Positions 26,584 to 39,100 of a DNA stretch of 64,000 nucleotides are shown in pieces. The position numbers were made by a program, and so were the translations under genes. The DNA comes from Vermamoeba vermiformis (taxonomy: Eukaryota), in the NCBI GenBank assembly GCA_045837725.1, contig JBEWZL010000308.1:1-64000 (forward strand). The letters run 5' to 3'. The notes beneath the pieces were generated by a model. That model made no database searches. It was not told the origin of the DNA and saw only the letters and a list, made by a program, of their open reading frames with translations. The first letter of the stretch is position 1. Each line of letters starts with the position of its first letter.

Positions 26584-27596
26584 TTAAGATCCTCTCCAAG
26601 AATCCGGCAAGATCTCAATCTACAAGGAAGAAAGTTAAATTGTATTCATATCGATATATTAATCGGTTATATAGTTAATTACCCAATAGCCATCAGGGTC
26701 AGCGACGAAAGCAATGCCTTTCATTTTGCCTCCATCCGGTCGTTTCAGGATGTTGACGCCAGCAGCTTCAAGGCGAGCAATAGCAGCATCGACATTAGGC
26801 ACTATAACTGCTATATGACCAAAGCCTCGAGGCTCGGTGTTGCCTGTGTGATAACCAGCGAAATTGGGATCGGATTCGGTGCCCCAGTTGCTACAATATA
26901 GATATTAGCCACAATATCCCTAATAGTATTTAATTATGTACTTAAATATATTATAGGTTATTGACTGATTAATGAGAAATGAAAAAAAGTGGATGTGATC
27001 GGTACCAAAGAACCGCGTAAGTTGCTTAATTTGAAGTAATATATGATTTAATTAATATGATATATTAAAGGTACTTACTGAGTAATTTCGATGCAGTGAG
27101 TGCGCAAGCCAAATACATAAGCGAGTTGATCCTCTTGCGAATTAAAAGTGGGAACTTTCTCGCCAGGCTGCAAATAACCAAAGAAATATAAGCTGAATTT
27201 GCCCCAATCGAAGTCTATCATATAATACGGATTAATATACTGCTAAAATTGCAAAATTTTCAAAAAATATCGCGCGATCCCAAATTAATTTTAATTACAA
27301 CTAAAAATTCAGATATTCAAATAATGCAAGGTCTATTTAAATTATAAAAATTATAGAAAGGTGTCGGTATTCAAATATTAATCAAATTTGGACCAAAAAT
27401 AATTCTGATCAAGCAAAATTTTCTGGTGGATGCTCGTAATGTTTGTTATAATTATGCAATAATATTTACCCAACTTCATAAGCATAGACATGCCCAACAA
27501 ATCGACGTAGAAGTGTTTAGTCTTCTCGGGATCTTTGGCGCGCATCATCGTATGATGCAATCTCCAGCCAGCAGTCGGTGAATTCGCGTCAGTCAT
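26584..27596 (-). CDS. GLO1: Lactoylglutathione lyase (glyoxalase I)
   Basis: [57 protein letters not shown] and [13 protein letters not shown]. Confidence 0.93.
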
Positions 27597-27988
27597 ATTT
27601 ATATGCTAGTAGTGTTGACGTGTTGCAAAATAATAATTAACAAAGGCGAAAATGCTTGGTCAAGATTTTTTGTTTCTTGTCCTCTGAAGTCCCATGAGAC
27701 GTTCTAAACCTATGACTGCCATATCAAGTCGGAAACAACCTAAACAAACTAAATATAAAAACCAATACTAAATTCAGACCGGTTAGGAGTGCGGAACGCT
27801 TTTAAGAGCCAGTCGGATCCGAATTACAAAAACCATTCATTCAAATTCATTCAAGGCACAATTGTCCTTTATTACTATCAATTGTCCTAAATTGGCAGGT
27901 TATAATAAAATTCATTTACCAGCCATTCATTGAACGGATAGGAATCTCAGATCAAAAAGCAGAATTCTGTATCTCGAACCCACATCCG

Positions 27989-30645
27989 TTACTTTTTGAA
28001 TAAATTGTTCAAAAAGAATGAAACGAAGTGATTTCCAGCGTATTTGAGTGACTTGCTCATCGCCGTAGCAATAGCTTGATAGCGCTGAATGTTGTATTCT
28101 TTGGCTGGATTGATCTGCGTCACGCCGAGCAATGAGAATCGTTCCGAGCAATATCGGAGAATACTGTACGCTGACAATGTGTAGCCTGCCATTTCGAGCA
28201 CATCGATTTCCTAAAAAGGAAAAAAAGTGTCAAACTAAAGCGTCAAACTTTTTACTCTTATTTTCTTCGCTGATTAATTATAAACTATTGTTCTATTGCT
28301 ATCGATTGTTAGTGTCGTATAAACGGGTCTTACATCTTCAGAGAGGCAATCCAGATCTGTTCTGAATCCGGTCAGTTTTGTCAAGTCATCGTGAATAGCC
28401 TTCAATTTGTCGAGATTGAAGAGCGGAGATAAATCAGGGAATCCCGGAGTATTATTGCGCAAGAAATCGGCGAGACTTTGGAAATGTTCCGAGCTTGAAT
28501 CAGTCGCTTGTCGTACTTCAGACATGGTCATGGATTTGACATCTGGCTTTGAATTTTTAGCCTTCAAAATCATGTCCGTAGGCGTCTGTTCGTGCTTGAT
28601 AAGGTCGTAGTATATAGCGTAGTAATAATCCCAAATGTCATCGAGGCCCCAAAGCGCACCGTCCATCATTTCAAGCGCAACTTTTTTCTTCAAGATCTGC
28701 TTTCTCAATCTAACAATTCAACAGTTAATATTGATTATAATATATATAACATCGTTAAGTACTACCTAACCGCTTGACTATTCAACAAATCGTTATCGCG
28801 CAGAGCACTGAAAATTGTGCTCGAACTTGGTTTTTGGACTTCAGGCACAGGAGCGCCCTTAAGTATATTAATTAGACTCTATTAAGGTCATAATATGGTA
28901 CTTACAGCATCGCTAACCATGATCATCATGTGCGGTAACTTCTTGTAGTACTGCATGCCGTTGAACGGATCCATGCCAATGTTGTCGTAAATAGCGCCAT
29001 CGGCAATATAAGCGATCAGATCTTCGTTGTACGCTGATTTGTACGGAATTTCAAGAGGTGAGAAGAAAATTGGAAAACCTGATGATGCAGCGAGTGCTTG
29101 GGACAATTTAATCTTTGTCGCTAGCTCTCTTGCTTGGGCCTAACCGCAGTTAGTAATTACCAAATATAGTAATAACTATATGATACGTACTAAAGGTACC
29201 GAGTAGCTTTGAGGCACATCATCGTTAACCATAACTTCTTCCTTAGTATCGTACAAAGGTCCCACAGTTCGTTGGGTGAAGTAGAACGGCAAGCCGGTTC
29301 TGACGTCAGTGCCGCAGAACACGAACAACGGATTGATCTGTGCAGGTCCGAATCCTTTCAAAGGACCTTCGAGCAATGGTTTTTGCGACCTTTTCTGGCG
29401 CCACAAGTCCAATTGAGCTTCATAATGGATTTTTCCTTCGCCTGCATCCGGCATTCTAAACTCGGGATCCACAAGTGCCTACCAAGGACGTTAGTTGGTC
29501 GTAAGTACTAGTTATTATACATAACGTACCTTAGATAACGGTAAGCTGAATTTGCCTTCCAAAGAAGGAAAGTCGTAGTCAGGATAATTTTGCTTTTTCC
29601 AAGCAATGAACTCGGGCATCTTTTTGACTAATTTTTTGCCTTCACGTTCAGCAGTTTCGTATTGCTCGGACAAATACTTTGACGAGCTCTGTTTGTGAAC
29701 AATTCTGTCCCATATCTTTTTGCGGATTGAAATTGCTGTTTGAACGGCAAAGTTGTATTTGAGGAACTTGCGCAAGGGCTCCAGAACAAGAAATCTCAAT
29801 GACTCTGGTGAAAAATTGCAGTAGCACAGGTCTTCCCAAGCTACGGCGACAAAGCCTATTGGATGATCGCGTATTAGCCAATAAATCTCGGTGAGATCTT
29901 GTTGACACGTGTCACATCCAGATCTGAAATTTTTATCTTACCAAGAGCAAGACTGCCACCGGATACGGCAGAAAAAGTATCAATAAACCTTAATAAACCA
30001 ACTTCTAGCTATACGTAAAAATAAACTTAAGTAAGTGACAGATCAGAAGCGGAAAAACTTTCTGATTAAATTTAAACTTACGAGTCTCTGGAAGGCTCCC
30101 AAGTGAAATCCAGCTGCTCTGGAACCTCCTCCAGAGAATGAGACGCCCATTAAGAAGTCAATTTCATCGTCAAGTCCTATTTGTTTCGGATTAGTTCCGC
30201 AGATCACAGAATCTTCGAATTATAATTCTTATTCTTGGAAAGAATACTAACTTAGCTGAGTATCTACATAGAGCACGAGGTCTTTGGTATTCCAGAACTC
30301 GTCTGAATAATTTGGCGCGTAAATATTAACTGCCCAAACCTCGGATGCCCTGTTCTTATTGAAAACTCTAAATTTTCTGGGTAAAGGCTCTTCTTTGCCA
30401 TTTTTCCAAATTAATCCTAAATAAAAACATCAATATTGTAATTAAAGAACAATTATTAATTATTCTTGTTGTTTAGATCGAACTTCCTTACCCGTTGCCT
30501 TGGGGTAGACCTCCCAAACATCGCTTAAACGAATAAAATAATGATTTTCCTCCTCGTCCCTAGTTTAATTAATAATTAAACGCTCAGTAAGAAAATATAA
30601 AACCTTACCATCGCAAAGGAAGCAAGTGGCCTTCATCGTCACCAT
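27989..30645 (-). CDS. Patatin-like phospholipase, paralog 1
   Basis: SFSGGGSRAAGFHLG, FSAVSGGSL, ALAASSGFP, DGAIYDNIG, VSDA, FRTDLD and GYTLS. The exact 3' end is uncertain because a further short exon is possible. Confidence 0.85.
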
Positions 30646-30847
30646 ATTTAACACGAACTTGATTTAATCGTTCCATTGTGCTGACTTTGCTTTAAAATAA
30701 TTCTTGAAGACAAAAGTTGCAACACGCAAAACAAAAATGGCACTTGAATCACACTTCACAAAGTCAGATCTCCGAGAATAATATTTATTCGAATCTAAGT
30801 CTCGGTGCACCGAACAAATGTATTGCTTGTATAATAATGCTATAACA

Positions 30848-33578
30848 TTACTTCTTTGCGGCATTAGGCTTAGCTTCGACTTTTTCGACTTTCTTTTCAG
30901 TTTTGGATTCGGTACTTGCCGCTTGAGCAGCAACTTTGCCAAGGCTTTCAGTGTCGAATATAGGCTTCATTAGGTCAGGATTGGCCACGTGCTTATCTTT
31001 CTTACGGAACGGCAAGTTATTCAAGAAGAATGAGACGAGAATATTGTCGCTGTGTTTGAGCGCATCCGTCTTTAGAGTCAGCTCTATTGCGTGTTCATAT
31101 CGCTCAATAGCAAATCTCTTCGCAGGGTCTACTTTCTTTACGCCTTTGAATCGATCGGAAGAGTAGCGCAGAATGCTGTAAGCGGACAAAGTGTAGCCGA
31201 CCATTTCCAAGATCTCAGTTTCCTAAAAAGGAAAGAACAGCGTCAGTCCTGTTTTATCCTACCATCTTATAAGGATACATTATACATTATTATATATTTG
31301 AATTAAATAGATGGCTTTCTTCAGGTTACCTCGTCGGAGAGTGCATCCAGATCGGTTCTGAAAGAAGTAATTTGAGCGAGGCCTTTATGGAACGACTCCA
31401 AGTTCTTAATGTCGAAGAGACCTGCCAAATTAGGAAATCCTTCAGGCATAGGTTTCTTCAAGAAGTCACTCAAGCTGTCAAAATGTTCGTCGCTCAATGC
31501 TGATTGTTTGAATTCTTGCGCTGATGACGGCGAATGTATTTTAGTGTCGCTATTATTAGTATTATTCTTTTTGGTTTGACTTTCTACGTCATAATAGATG
31601 GCGTAGTAATAATCCCAAATATCTTCGAGACTCCAAATAGCGCCGTCCATCAATTCCAACGCAATCTTTTTCTTCAATTGTTTCTTGCGCAATCTAAAAT
31701 AACATTAGGGACTATATTAATATATACTATTAAATATTGTATACCTGACCGTCTGATCAATCAACAAGCCAATATCACGTTGCAATACTGCAATAATGTC
31801 AGTCGTGCTCGGTTTTTCCACATCAACGACAGGCGACCCCTATCAATATAGTTACTATATGACCTATTAGTATGATGCTACTGTCACTTACAGCATCGCT
31901 AACCATGATCATCATGTGCGGTAACTTTTTGTACCGGTTGAATCCGTCGAACGGATCTGTGCCGATATTATCGTAAATGCCTCCATCAGCTACATAAGCC
32001 ATCTGCTCGCCGTCTAGATCACTCTTGTACTTGAGTTCGAGTGGTGCAAATATGACAGGGAACGCTGATGATGCTGCAAGTGCTTGGGACAACTTGACTT
32101 CTTTTACGAGTCTATTTGACTCCTCCTACAATAATTTATATTAGACGATGCTTATAATGATTATTATAGTATACCAATGGTAGTTTAAAGCGGTGATAGA
32201 CTCGTTCTTGTTTTTCTTCGTGTTCGTCGTACAAAGGTCCAACTGTTCGTTGTGTGAAATAGAACGGACGACCAGTGCGCACGTCCATGCCACAAAACAC
32301 GAAAAATGGATTGAGATCGCTAGCTTTTGCTTGATTTCTCGTGTGATCTGCTTCGTACACCGTGTATTTTTCATTGGCTCGTCGCATGCGAACTCCTGGA
32401 TCCACCAACGCCTAAAAATAAAACAGTAAGATATATGTCAATTGGTATTATAGGATCTTACCTCGCTTAAGGGCTTGCCGAACATGCCGTTCAGTGAAGG
32501 GAAATCGTAATCAGGGTACTTGGCGTTTTTCCATTCTTGAAACAAAGGCATCTTCTTGACGTATTCCTTCGCTTCAATTTCTCCGCGCTCATATCGTGCA
32601 GCTAATCTATCAGCTCGTTTTTTCTTGTTGATAACTTTCTCCCATAACTCGTGCAATGAGAAAAGTGTCTTGGCAGCGAAATTATTTTTCAAAAATTGTC
32701 TCAGCGGTTCAATGACGAGGTATAATAAAGCTTTGCTATCAAAATCGCAGTACGCTAAATCTTCCCACGCCACAGCGAGAAAAGCTGTTCATGAAAATTA
32801 ATGCAACCTCAATTAAGTCAAAAGAAATATTTGACACGTTTCATCGCTCATTTGAATCCCTTACCCAATGCCAGACTTCCGCCTGATACTCCAGTAAAAG
32901 TATCAATATGTCTAAGGAAGCCAACTTCGTTCTGTTATTTTTAAGTTGATTAGATCTGCAGCGGAATAACTTGAGATTGATTCAATATGCTTACTAAACG
33001 TTGAAAAGCACCAATATGGAATGCAGCAGCTCTTGAGCCTCCTCCAGAAAAGGATATTCCCATCAAAAAGTCGATTTCGCCTTCCAGTCCTTTTAGATTC
33101 GGATTAGTTCCGCGCCAAAATCTTTAATCGAACAATTAACGGTATAAATGGCTTACTTAATGTTGTGTCAATTTCTAAAACATTATTCTGAGTCCAGAAT
33201 TTCAAATCTTTTCGATCTGGCGCGTAGATGTTGACTGCCCAAGCTTCTGAGCTTCGGTTTTCATTTAATCTTTTAAATTCGCGTGGTAACGCAATAATTT
33301 TATCTTTTCCATCTACATCTTTTTGTTTATACACCAATCCTGTATTTAAAATTAAATTACTTCTGAAAGTTAAAAATATCTTAAATTACCCGTTGCTTTG
33401 GCATAGAATTCCCAAACATCATTCAAACGAACGAAATAAATGCCATCAGATCTATAGAATATTTCTTAATTAATGATTTGCGGAAAGAAAGATCTTGATC
33501 TTACCTTCTCAACGGCACCTCGTAGACCTTGCCATCAGGAGATCTAATTTTAACTGCACCAGGTAGATTAACTTCCAT
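30848..33578 (-). CDS. Patatin-like phospholipase, paralog 2 (tandem duplicate)
   Basis: SFSGGGSRAAAFHIG, FTGVSGGSL, ALAASSAFP, DGGIYDNIG and FRTDLD. Intron positions largely match paralog 1. Confidence 0.87.
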
Positions 33579-34025
33579 CTTCACGTGTTGCACTTTTAAA
33601 GGACCCTTTTAAAGCTGATTACAACCTTTGTTGCCGGCAAGAAACAAAATCGTTTAACTTCGAGTAATCAACCACAATAGGACCCCACAATACTACCACT
33701 AATATTCCATATATTTGTAATATTTATCGCTTTGTTCTGCAACGTCAAGATTCGAAAAAGAGATCAAAAAAATTGATTGATCAGCTCCGATCGACAACAG
33801 ACAGCTCAGTGCGCACGATAATATTACAACTAGCGATAATAATTGTCGTGTTGCATTTGCCCACGTAATGTCGCAACACGATCTCCATCCTGCACTTTTG
33901 TTCTTCGATGCGCGTTTGGGGGGGGACGAAATTCGGGACTAAAGGTTCGATCTACAACATTGTTGTTTTTCGTTCGTCAGCCCCTGTCAAAATTTTGTCC
34001 TATTCAATAGCAATGCAATAGAAGA

Positions 34026-35894
34026 ATGAAGTACTCAACTGAAGAGGTTAAAAAAGTGGACTTGATCGGTCCAACCATTCCATTTATGTTTCTCTTAATG
34101 TTCGTCGAAATTATCGTTGGATGGCTCATGAAGAAGAATAATTACCGGTTTAATGACTCGTTCAACAGGTAATTGCGTAACGAACGGAACTACGAAATTG
34201 TAAAAGTTCAAAAAATGCCCGAATGAATCCGAGCCGAAAATCCCTACATAGCCCCTCAATTGCTCTACTATTCAGTACAATATCTACTACTAATTTGGGG
34301 GTGTTTTGACGTTCGGCCCGATCCCGGCCAGATTCGTACAGGGTTTTTTGAGTTTTTCAATTTCAAAGCGTTCCCAATCGTGAGATCTACCGACATTTAA
34401 CGTTCTTTGCTGCAGTCTTGCGATGGGAGCCTTCGATAGAGTGATTGAAGTATTTACACGAGGATTTGAAGTTTGGATCTATGTTTCCGTTTACAATCGC
34501 TTTGCAATCTTTGATTTACCAACGGATTCGTTATGGACTTGGCTTTTGGCTCTACTTACTGTCGACTTTCTATATTATTGTAAGTAGAGCATTTATCGAT
34601 ATCTAATTGTAAGTAACTATGATAAAGGCAAATGTATAACCAAGAAGCAGGGTTCCATCGAACGGGGCACGAAGTAAACATTATGTGGGCCACGCACGAG
34701 GTAAGATATCCTAATTTGGCAATTACGACCAATTACTAACCCTCTTTCTCAGTCTCATCATTCTTCTGAAGAATTCGTAAGCAACCAAAAACTACAAATT
34801 CTTTTGTTTGTATCTAAACTCCACCATCCTTATTAGAATATAACTACTGCGCTGCGTCAAAATGCATTCCAGACGTTGTTTGGCTGGGCTTTCTACCTTC
34901 CTGCAGCTCTATTTATTCCTCCAACAGTTCATTTTGCAAACAAGTTAGTTTGTCCAATATTTTGAGTGACTACAGTTTAATTACCTGTCTATTTAGGCAA
35001 ATTATGCTATTGTATCAGATTTGGATACATACAGTAAGTTACAAATGCAAAGAACAGCAATTAGGATGCAAATTTGATGCTAATTTTCAGGAATTAATTG
35101 ATAAAATGGGACCTCTGGAATACCTCTTCAATACTCCTTCTCATCACCGTGTACATCATGGAAGAAACAGGATTTACATTGATAAGAATTATGCTGGGTA
35201 CGAAGCTGATCCCTTTTCACCAAATATTGTAATCTTATGCTTTATGTAGGGTCTTTATCATCTGGGACAAGATGTTTGGTACATTCGAAGAGGAGAAGGA
35301 AAAAGCAATCTATGGCATTAGCACGCCACTACAAAGTTGGGACTTAGTTGCTGGACAATTTCGACTATGGAGAAAAATTTTGACTGGTGTCAAATCAACA
35401 CCAGGTTTCACTAACAAAATGAAAGTAATGTTTTACGGCCCAAGCTGGCAACCTGGAAAACAGAGACTCGGCGATATAAAGGACATTCCTGAGCCAAATC
35501 CAAATGAACCCAAGTAAGGCTCCAGATTCGATGGCTCTTTCAGGTTACTTAACTTGGTTTATATCAAATAGGTATGACGTAAAACTATCGCTTGCATCAA
35601 ACATTTATGTGTTGGTGAATGCATTGCTAACATTGTGGGGTTTATTGACACTTGTGGAACAACAGCTGCTAATACCACTGTCGATGCAAATTATTATTGC
35701 TGTATGGATATTGTTCTCGTTATCAAGCTTTGGATACTTAATGGATCACAAGCCTTATGCTTTCAAAGTGGAATTGATAAGAATTATAGGAATGACTGGT
35801 ATGATAACGAATTTTAAAACAGATCCAACAAAACAACAATCTAACTTTTTAATTTAAATTAGGAGCACTTTTATTTTATATAGTAAAGCACTAA
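34026..35894 (+). CDS. AGMO: Alkylglycerol monooxygenase-like fatty acid hydroxylase
   Basis: DFLYYW|FHRTGHEVNIMWATHE|SHHSSEEF|NITTALRQ, YQIWIHT, LEYLFNTPSHHRVHHGRN and IIWDKMFGTF give the His-box di-iron motifs typical of AGMO/TMEM195. Confidence 0.88.
34186..34375. mobile_element. Fold-back (MITE-like) element in AGMO intron 1
   Basis: Left arm GAAATTGTAAAAGTTCAAAAAATGCCC versus reverse complement of the right arm GAAATTGAAAAACTCAAAAAACCC. Inner arms also pair partially (CCCCTCAATT / AATTTGGGGG). Confidence 0.45.
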
Positions 35895-36105
35895 TTGTAA
35901 AGTACAATATAAGCACTTGAAATGGACGAATCAACAATGAACCAAAAATAAATTTGATAAAAATGTCTTTAAGCGCATTCGCCAGTACGTCTTAATTATA
36001 GTTAAATAAATAATTTATTTACTTTGATAATAAGTTATTAAATATACGTAAGGTTAAGTTTACAAGACGAATTTGTTCTAGTCAATAATAACGATCCAGA
36101 TCCGC

Positions 36106-39100
36106 TTAGTACTCGAACAAGCAACCAGGCAAGATCTTCATCATATCAGACACTACTGAAATATTCTTGCACTTGTTAACGTCAACGAATTGCAATTGAG
36201 GACACTTCTTGGCGAGTTCCAAAGCAGCCGCATCCGTCACTAAAAAGAATCAGAGTCAGATCTAGCTCCGCAGGTGTCATAATATTTGCTTACCGAAAGG
36301 ATTCTCTCTGATGCTCAATATCATAAGATTAGGACAGAAGTTTCCGAGCGAGTTGAGTGACAGATCTGTGACTTCTTTGCAACCAGACAACACCAAGCTA
36401 ACGAGACGAATGTTTCGCTTAGAGGCCAAGATTTGCACAGTACGATCAGAGACCATGCATCCTAATTACAAAAAAAAAAGTTAGATCCACCGTGAAAATT
36501 TTTTCGATAGAGATCTGGGTCTTACCTGAGAAATTGACGCGGTTGAGTTGTTTGCAACCATCAACGACAGCGTCTAAACTCTGATGAGTGATCTGTTCGC
36601 AGCCTTCAAGACGCAACTCTTCCAACACTTTGCAGTTGGCGATCTGTTTGACACCTTTGTCGGTGATCGCACTGGCATAAGACAAGTCGAGAATTCTCAA
36701 AGAGAAGGCACAGCTGATGGCTAAGTCTTCCAAGCCTGTGTCAGTCAACTTGCTCGCAGCTCGGAACAGATCCAAAATTTCGATCGTGGATCTGGCCTTC
36801 GGCAGCTGAATCATCAAGTTGGTGGAGCTCTCGCGGCCCTCAATACCATCGTCATTATCTGCGTTGCGCTTCTTCTCGGCCTTCTTCTTGATTTGTTCGG
36901 TGAAAGTGCCTTCGTTGGCCTTGGCAATCTCTTCCATTTGCTTTTGATACTCGGACCAATCAACAGTTCCGCGGTTAGTGCGGTCCTTTTTGAAGCCGGC
37001 ACGGCCAACAGTGGTAGTGCGCTTCTTTCTAGGAACTAAATGTACAGTGAGACACGCAGTCTAAATGCAAATACACGTGGTTGTACGTACCAGCTGAAGC
37101 TTGACTCAAGAACTCGTCCAATTTACCAGTGACGCGCGATTGAGCCAAAGCACGTTGAGCTAAACAGAACTCCTTTGTGGCCTCGTCGTCGATGCCTGTA
37201 CCACCGCTGGCAACGCCTGTGTCGCGCAAACGAACGACGCGAACAGGACTGTAGCGCTCAGCGAGTTGCTTGAAAATAATATTGAACGAGTGTTGGCAGT
37301 CCAATTGAAGTGCCTAACAAGACATTAGCATCACGCTGCAGGAGGTAAGTTCTACGTGGTACTTACTTGCAAAGACAAACAGTTCTTCAACACCATCTCC
37401 ATTGATTCAGGCTCAAACTCACCACATTCAAGCGCGGACAAGGCTTGAAGATTTTTGTGGAAGTTAGCGAGGGCTTGAAGGGACAAATTGCCCAAGGCGT
37501 TAGGACAGCCATCCACGTTCAAGACCAACAAATTGAGCTTCTTCAACAACTTCGCGAAGGTCTTGTCCGTGACATTCTTGTTGTTGTTGAATTGCAATTC
37601 ACGCAAGTTGACGCAAGCCTTCAACTTCTTGATCTTTTCATCGGCAACATTAGGCCACAAAGCCAATCGTTCAATCATGAAGCCGTGCTTAGCGATCCAA
37701 TTGAACAATCTGTCGCTAATGTGATTGTTGCCGGTCAAAATCAACGAGCGCAAAGTCGGAATATTTTGAATGGCTTGACCGACAGAGTTCTCGCTGATGT
37801 TCGGGCAGTTGGACAAAATCAAGTGTCGCAAGTTCGGGCAATACTTGATAATGTACAGCATGGAGCCTTCAAGCGAAGCAGAAGACTATGACAAACATTA
37901 ATACGGCTTAAATACTAACGAATCTAATTGAACTTACGCCTGACAAGTCGAGCGTGCCAATAACACTCGGGAAGACTTGACACAACTTCTTGATAGTGAA
38001 GGCATTGACGGCATTAGGTGCATTGTGAACGTGCACTGATTGCAAAGGCAAACCGTCCTTGCTCTGGTACTCCGTGTCTTCTTCGAATTCAGAAGACAAA
38101 GGCAAGGCAGGAACAGTGACGTAGCCAGTGGTCTTTGGAGGACGATACAAAGACGTCAACAACGAGTAGCCCGACGATTTGCTGTCGTCAAAGATGCTGA
38201 TAAAGCCTCTAGGCTTGCTCTGCAAAGAGTATTAATACCAAGTTTGACAAGCGTACATCAAATCACTTACAACTGCATGCTTCATGCGATGGTGCAAGAA
38301 CACAGTGAACAACGAGTTCAACAAGGGACTGCAACGCACTGTACGCAACAAACCGGCTAACTTGGGACCTTGCATCTCGAACACGTTCTCAAACAATCTG
38401 ATCGGATAACGAGTCATCTTGTCGGCGCCGACCCAACCAGCGCTGTTGCCCTTCAAATTCATGTTCGTGTTGCTTCGATTCAAGTTGGCGTTTGTGTTGC
38501 TGCGAGCCAACAAGTCCTTTGAATCACCAACTAAAAAAGTACATTAGCTTGACGCCAAGAAAGCAATTAATTTGGCTTACCAGGAACAGTTGTCATTGAC
38601 TCCTTTAATTGCTGATCAGCGTTGTACTCTTGATTGCCCTTGAAGCAAACAAACTCAACGCTGAACGGGTCTTGGATGCCACTGGCTTTCTCGTCCAAGA
38701 TTTGAATGATTTCTGCGTTCGTTAGTAGCTGATTTGGAGTCTTAAGTAGTAACTTACTGATCAAGATGTATTTGCCAGTCTTAGCTGCGGGTAAGATGAC
38801 ATCCATCTTTTGCTTGGGCAAGCCTTCTGCATCCAAATACTCCTTGTCGTTGTCAGTCTCGAACCAAGCAACAGGTTCATTGCCCTCAGCAATCTTCGAC
38901 AGCTTTTTCTTTGAAGCGAGTGCCGCGCGCATTGACAACCAACTCTTCTCGGTCTTGTCGTTGAAGAAGTCAAACTCACGCATGTTGTTAGGAATGTGAT
39001 CGAGAACGAAGATCAAGATTTTGCCCTTGTGGTTGAGTGGCAGGCCAGTTTCACTGCATAGAATCATAAGCACAAGGACATCAAGCAGAAAGATAATGTT

